Assembly (NCBI RefSeq): GCF_000142905.1
Contig: NW_013657652.1
Span: forward strand, 1-64,000
DNA: 64,000 nt
Direction of reading: 5' to 3'
From: Thecamonas trahens ATCC 50062
Taxonomy: Eukaryota > Protista > Apusomonadida
A model generated the notes under the pieces. The model worked only from the letters and a program-made list of their open reading frames with translations, did not search any database and was not told the DNA's origin. Position 1 is the stretch's first letter. Each line of letters starts with the position of its first letter. A program made the position numbers and the translations under genes. Shown here piece after piece: positions 61,720 to 64,000 of the stretch.

Positions 61720-64000
61720 ATGTCCAGCAGTGACGGGCATGGCAGGCGCAGTGGCCGTCCAAGTGGCGAGCGAGTGGAGGCTGAGCAGGCCGACAAGCCC
61801 AGGCCCATGGTGAGGATCAGCACTCTCAACGGCAGCAGTGGCAGTGCTGGTGGCAGTGGCAACATCATTGCCGGTGGTAGCAGCAGCAGCAGCAATAGTA
61901 TCGGTGGCAGTGCCATCGACAGCACGGGGGGGAGTGTGATGGATGAGACAACCATGCGGAGGAGAGCACACTGGAAGACAAAGCTGGCTCAGATGAAGGC
62001 TAATGCTGATGAGGAAGCGAGGCTAGAGTCATCGCTGGGTACTCGCTCTCCCTTTCGTCGCCCTTTGGGATCAACAAGACTTCCTCCTCGAAAACAGCTC
62101 GTTTCGTTTGTCGAGCCGCAAGTCGTGCAAGAGTATCCAACCTTGGAAGGCAACGAGGGGGTGTACACCTCGCGGGCTCTTGGTTTCTTCACCATCAACT
62201 CCTCGCTCCGGGCTACTGCCATCCGTATCGTCGACGCCCAGTGGTTCACCTACCTTGTCCTTGCTGTTATTGTCGTCAACACTGGTTTCATCTCGGCGTC
62301 TACTCCGAGCGATGACCCAAGCTCCACCAAGACCCGCGTGCTCGATGTGGCCGAGCTCACCTTTATGGCCTTCTTTACCCTGGAGATGATGCTCAAGATA
62401 CTCGCTTTTGGCGCCTTTGCTCACCATCACGCCTATCTCCGCTCCGGATGGAACGTCTTTGACTTTACCATTGTTTGCCTCGGCTACCTCTCGCTCATGG
62501 CGCTGCCCATTCTCGCCGGCTCCAACGTCACCGCCCTCCGCACCCTCCGCGTCTTTCGCCCGCTTCGAACTCTCCGCACCATCCGCTGGTTCCGCGGCCC
62601 GCGCACCCTCGTCCGCTCGGTCATCGTCTCGCTACCGGGCCTCTTTGATGCCACTGTCCTCCTCCTCTTCTTCATCGCCATCTACGGCATCATGGGCGTG
62701 CAACTCTTCGGCGGCGCCCTCCGCCAGCGATGCGTGCACGCTTCCACCGGCGAGCTCGCCCCGCTCACTGCCCGCCTCTGTGGCCTGGCTGACAATACCG
62801 CCGGCCTCTCCTGCCCGCCGGACTACGTCTGCACCGCCGCCGGTCCCAATCCGGGACACGGCTTTGAGTCGTTTGACCACTTTGGCGTCGCTGTCATCGT
62901 CCTCTGGAACGTTCTCAACCTCGACGGCTGGTCCGCCCTCATGTACTCGCTACAGGACGCCGTCTCGCCGTGGGTGTGGCTCTACTTTGTCACCTTTACA
63001 CTCCTGCTCTCGTTCTTTGCCGTCACTCTCTTCCTCGCCATCCTCACCGAGTCATTCACTATCACCGCCGAGGAAGAAGAGGTTGCCGCAGCTGCCGACC
63101 GCGCACGCTCCATCCGCCGCCAGGCCTCGCAAACAGGCGTCGCCGCGGGCGTCCTCGCCGCTGCCTTTGCCGCGCCGAGCATCCGCAGCCAGGCCTCGGA
63201 GCCGCAACCGACCCAACGCGCCGCCTCGCTCGAACGCGGCTGGTCCATTGTGGCCGACGCGCGCCGCGTCGCAGACAACACCACGTGGCTGGAGGGCAAG
63301 CCTGCTTGGATCGTGCAGCTCAATGCCGTTGTCCGCTCGCCCACCTTCTTCTTCACCGTCCTTGCCCTCATCCTTCTCAACACCGTCGTCCTCGCCGCCG
63401 AGCATCATGGCATGTCGCCGGCGCTCAAGGACTGGCTCGATGCCTTTAACGTCTTCTTCATCGTCCTCTTTGCCATTGAGCTTGCCATCCGCATCGTCGG
63501 TCTCGGCCCGCGCCAGTTTGGCAAGGACTACTTTAACGTCTTTGACTCGCTCGTCGTTGCCCTCTCCATCCTCGAAGTTGCTCTTGGCTGGTCGTCGGCC
63601 ATCTCGGTCTTCCGCGTCGTCCGCCTCCTCCGCGTCGTCCGCATCCTTCGCGTCATGCGATTTGTCAACCGCCTCTCCTCGCTGCGACGCCTCCTTGACA
63701 CGGTCACCTCCGGCATCGCCGCCGTCTCGTACACTGCCGTCCTCCTCTTCCTTCTCCTCTTCATTTTTGCCATTGTCGGCATGGAGTTGTTTGGCGGCTC
63801 GTACTCTGCCCAGCCTGGACGTGCCAACTTTGACACACTCTACTGGTCGTTTGTCGCCGTCTTTCAGACCTTTACCGGTGACCGCTCATCAGACTTGCTC
63901 TACGAAGGCATGCGCACGACCACTGTGGTCGGCGCCATCTACTTTGTCGCCCTCACCGCAGTCTCCATCATCCTCAAGTTTCTCTTCCTCGCCGTCATCC
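61720..64000 (+). CDS. Voltage-gated cation channel alpha subunit (Cav/Nav-like four-domain family), domains I-II, 3'-truncated by window edge
   Basis: Open frame from ATG 61720 to the window end (absent from the ORF track because it has no stop). SRALGFFTINSSLR, FTLEMMLKILAFG...YLRSGWNVFDF, S4-I ALRTLRVFRPLRTLRTIR, pore I SFDHF...NLDGWSALMY, S4-II VFRVVRLLRVVRILRVMR, pore II NFDT...FQTFTGDRSSDLLY. Confidence 0.95.
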   Translation, partial: MSSSDGHGRRSGRPSGERVEAEQADKPRPMVRISTLNGSSGSAGGSGNIIAGGSSSSSNSIGGSAIDSTGGSVMDETTMRRRAHWKTKLAQMKANADEEARLESSLGTRSPFRRPLGSTRLPPRKQLVSFVEPQVVQEYPTLEGNEGVYTSRALGFFTINSSLRATAIRIVDAQWFTYLVLAVIVVNTGFISASTPSDDPSSTKTRVLDVAELTFMAFFTLEMMLKILAFGAFAHHHAYLRSGWNVFDFTIVCLGYLSLMALPILAGSNVTALRTLRVFRPLRTLRTIRWFRGPRTLVRSVIVSLPGLFDATVLLLFFIAIYGIMGVQLFGGALRQRCVHASTGELAPLTARLCGLADNTAGLSCPPDYVCTAAGPNPGHGFESFDHFGVAVIVLWNVLNLDGWSALMYSLQDAVSPWVWLYFVTFTLLLSFFAVTLFLAILTESFTITAEEEEVAAAADRARSIRRQASQTGVAAGVLAAAFAAPSIRSQASEPQPTQRAASLERGWSIVADARRVADNTTWLEGKPAWIVQLNAVVRSPTFFFTVLALILLNTVVLAAEHHGMSPALKDWLDAFNVFFIVLFAIELAIRIVGLGPRQFGKDYFNVFDSLVVALSILEVALGWSSAISVFRVVRLLRVVRILRVMRFVNRLSSLRRLLDTVTSGIAAVSYTAVLLFLLLFIFAIVGMELFGGSYSAQPGRANFDTLYWSFVAVFQTFTGDRSSDLLYEGMRTTTVVGAIYFVALTAVSIILKFLFLAVI

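Noticed and set aside
61720-64000. Calling the channel NALCN because UNC80 is nearby
   Set aside because: The S4 segments are fully charged and the pore residues are not E/E as in NALCN; the family cannot be fixed from two domains.
1-64000. tRNA, rRNA or snRNA genes and transposase/integrase ORFs
   Set aside because: None recognised by eye; tRNAscan-SE and Infernal would be needed to exclude small RNAs.

Overview
This is the left end of a linear chromosome from a GC-rich, gene-dense, intron-poor unicellular eukaryote. The TTAGGG-type telomere, SELENOK, INPP5E, UNC80, DAGL and a four-domain cation channel are compatible with an apusomonad-like flagellate, but that assignment is only an inference. 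A (CCCTAA)n telomere (1-462) is followed by about 4 kb of subtelomere containing a diverged 1.45-kb tandem duplication, then about 27 tightly packed genes. Genes or exons missed or split by the ORF track: spliced selenoprotein K with a UGA-Sec codon and a CUGA-core SECIS candidate; spliced UTP23, ATP6V1E, UCHL5 and a NADAR fusion; a UNC80 gene broken by a 640-bp tandem duplication; and a Cav/Nav-like channel running off the right edge. Most interesting: (1) the two most telomeric genes, an A20-zinc-finger/NuiA-like (nuclease-inhibitor-like) protein and a Nab2-type-CCCH/bacterial-type EEP nuclease, lie head-to-tail in the same frame separated by one TAG, a candidate eukaryotic nuclease-inhibitor module; (2) a NADAR-cNMP-binding-DUF6909/PNP-like fusion; (3) a PAC(TMEM206)/ENaC-like two-TM channel candidate; (4) a channel with an atypical D/D(R) selectivity filter; (5) a 53BP1-like BRCT protein with a GATA finger; (6) intron base composition that follows the chromosome strand rather than the transcript strand. 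Several -1 frame breaks at homopolymers suggest residual long-read indel errors. All family assignments are by-eye motif recognition, not database searches.
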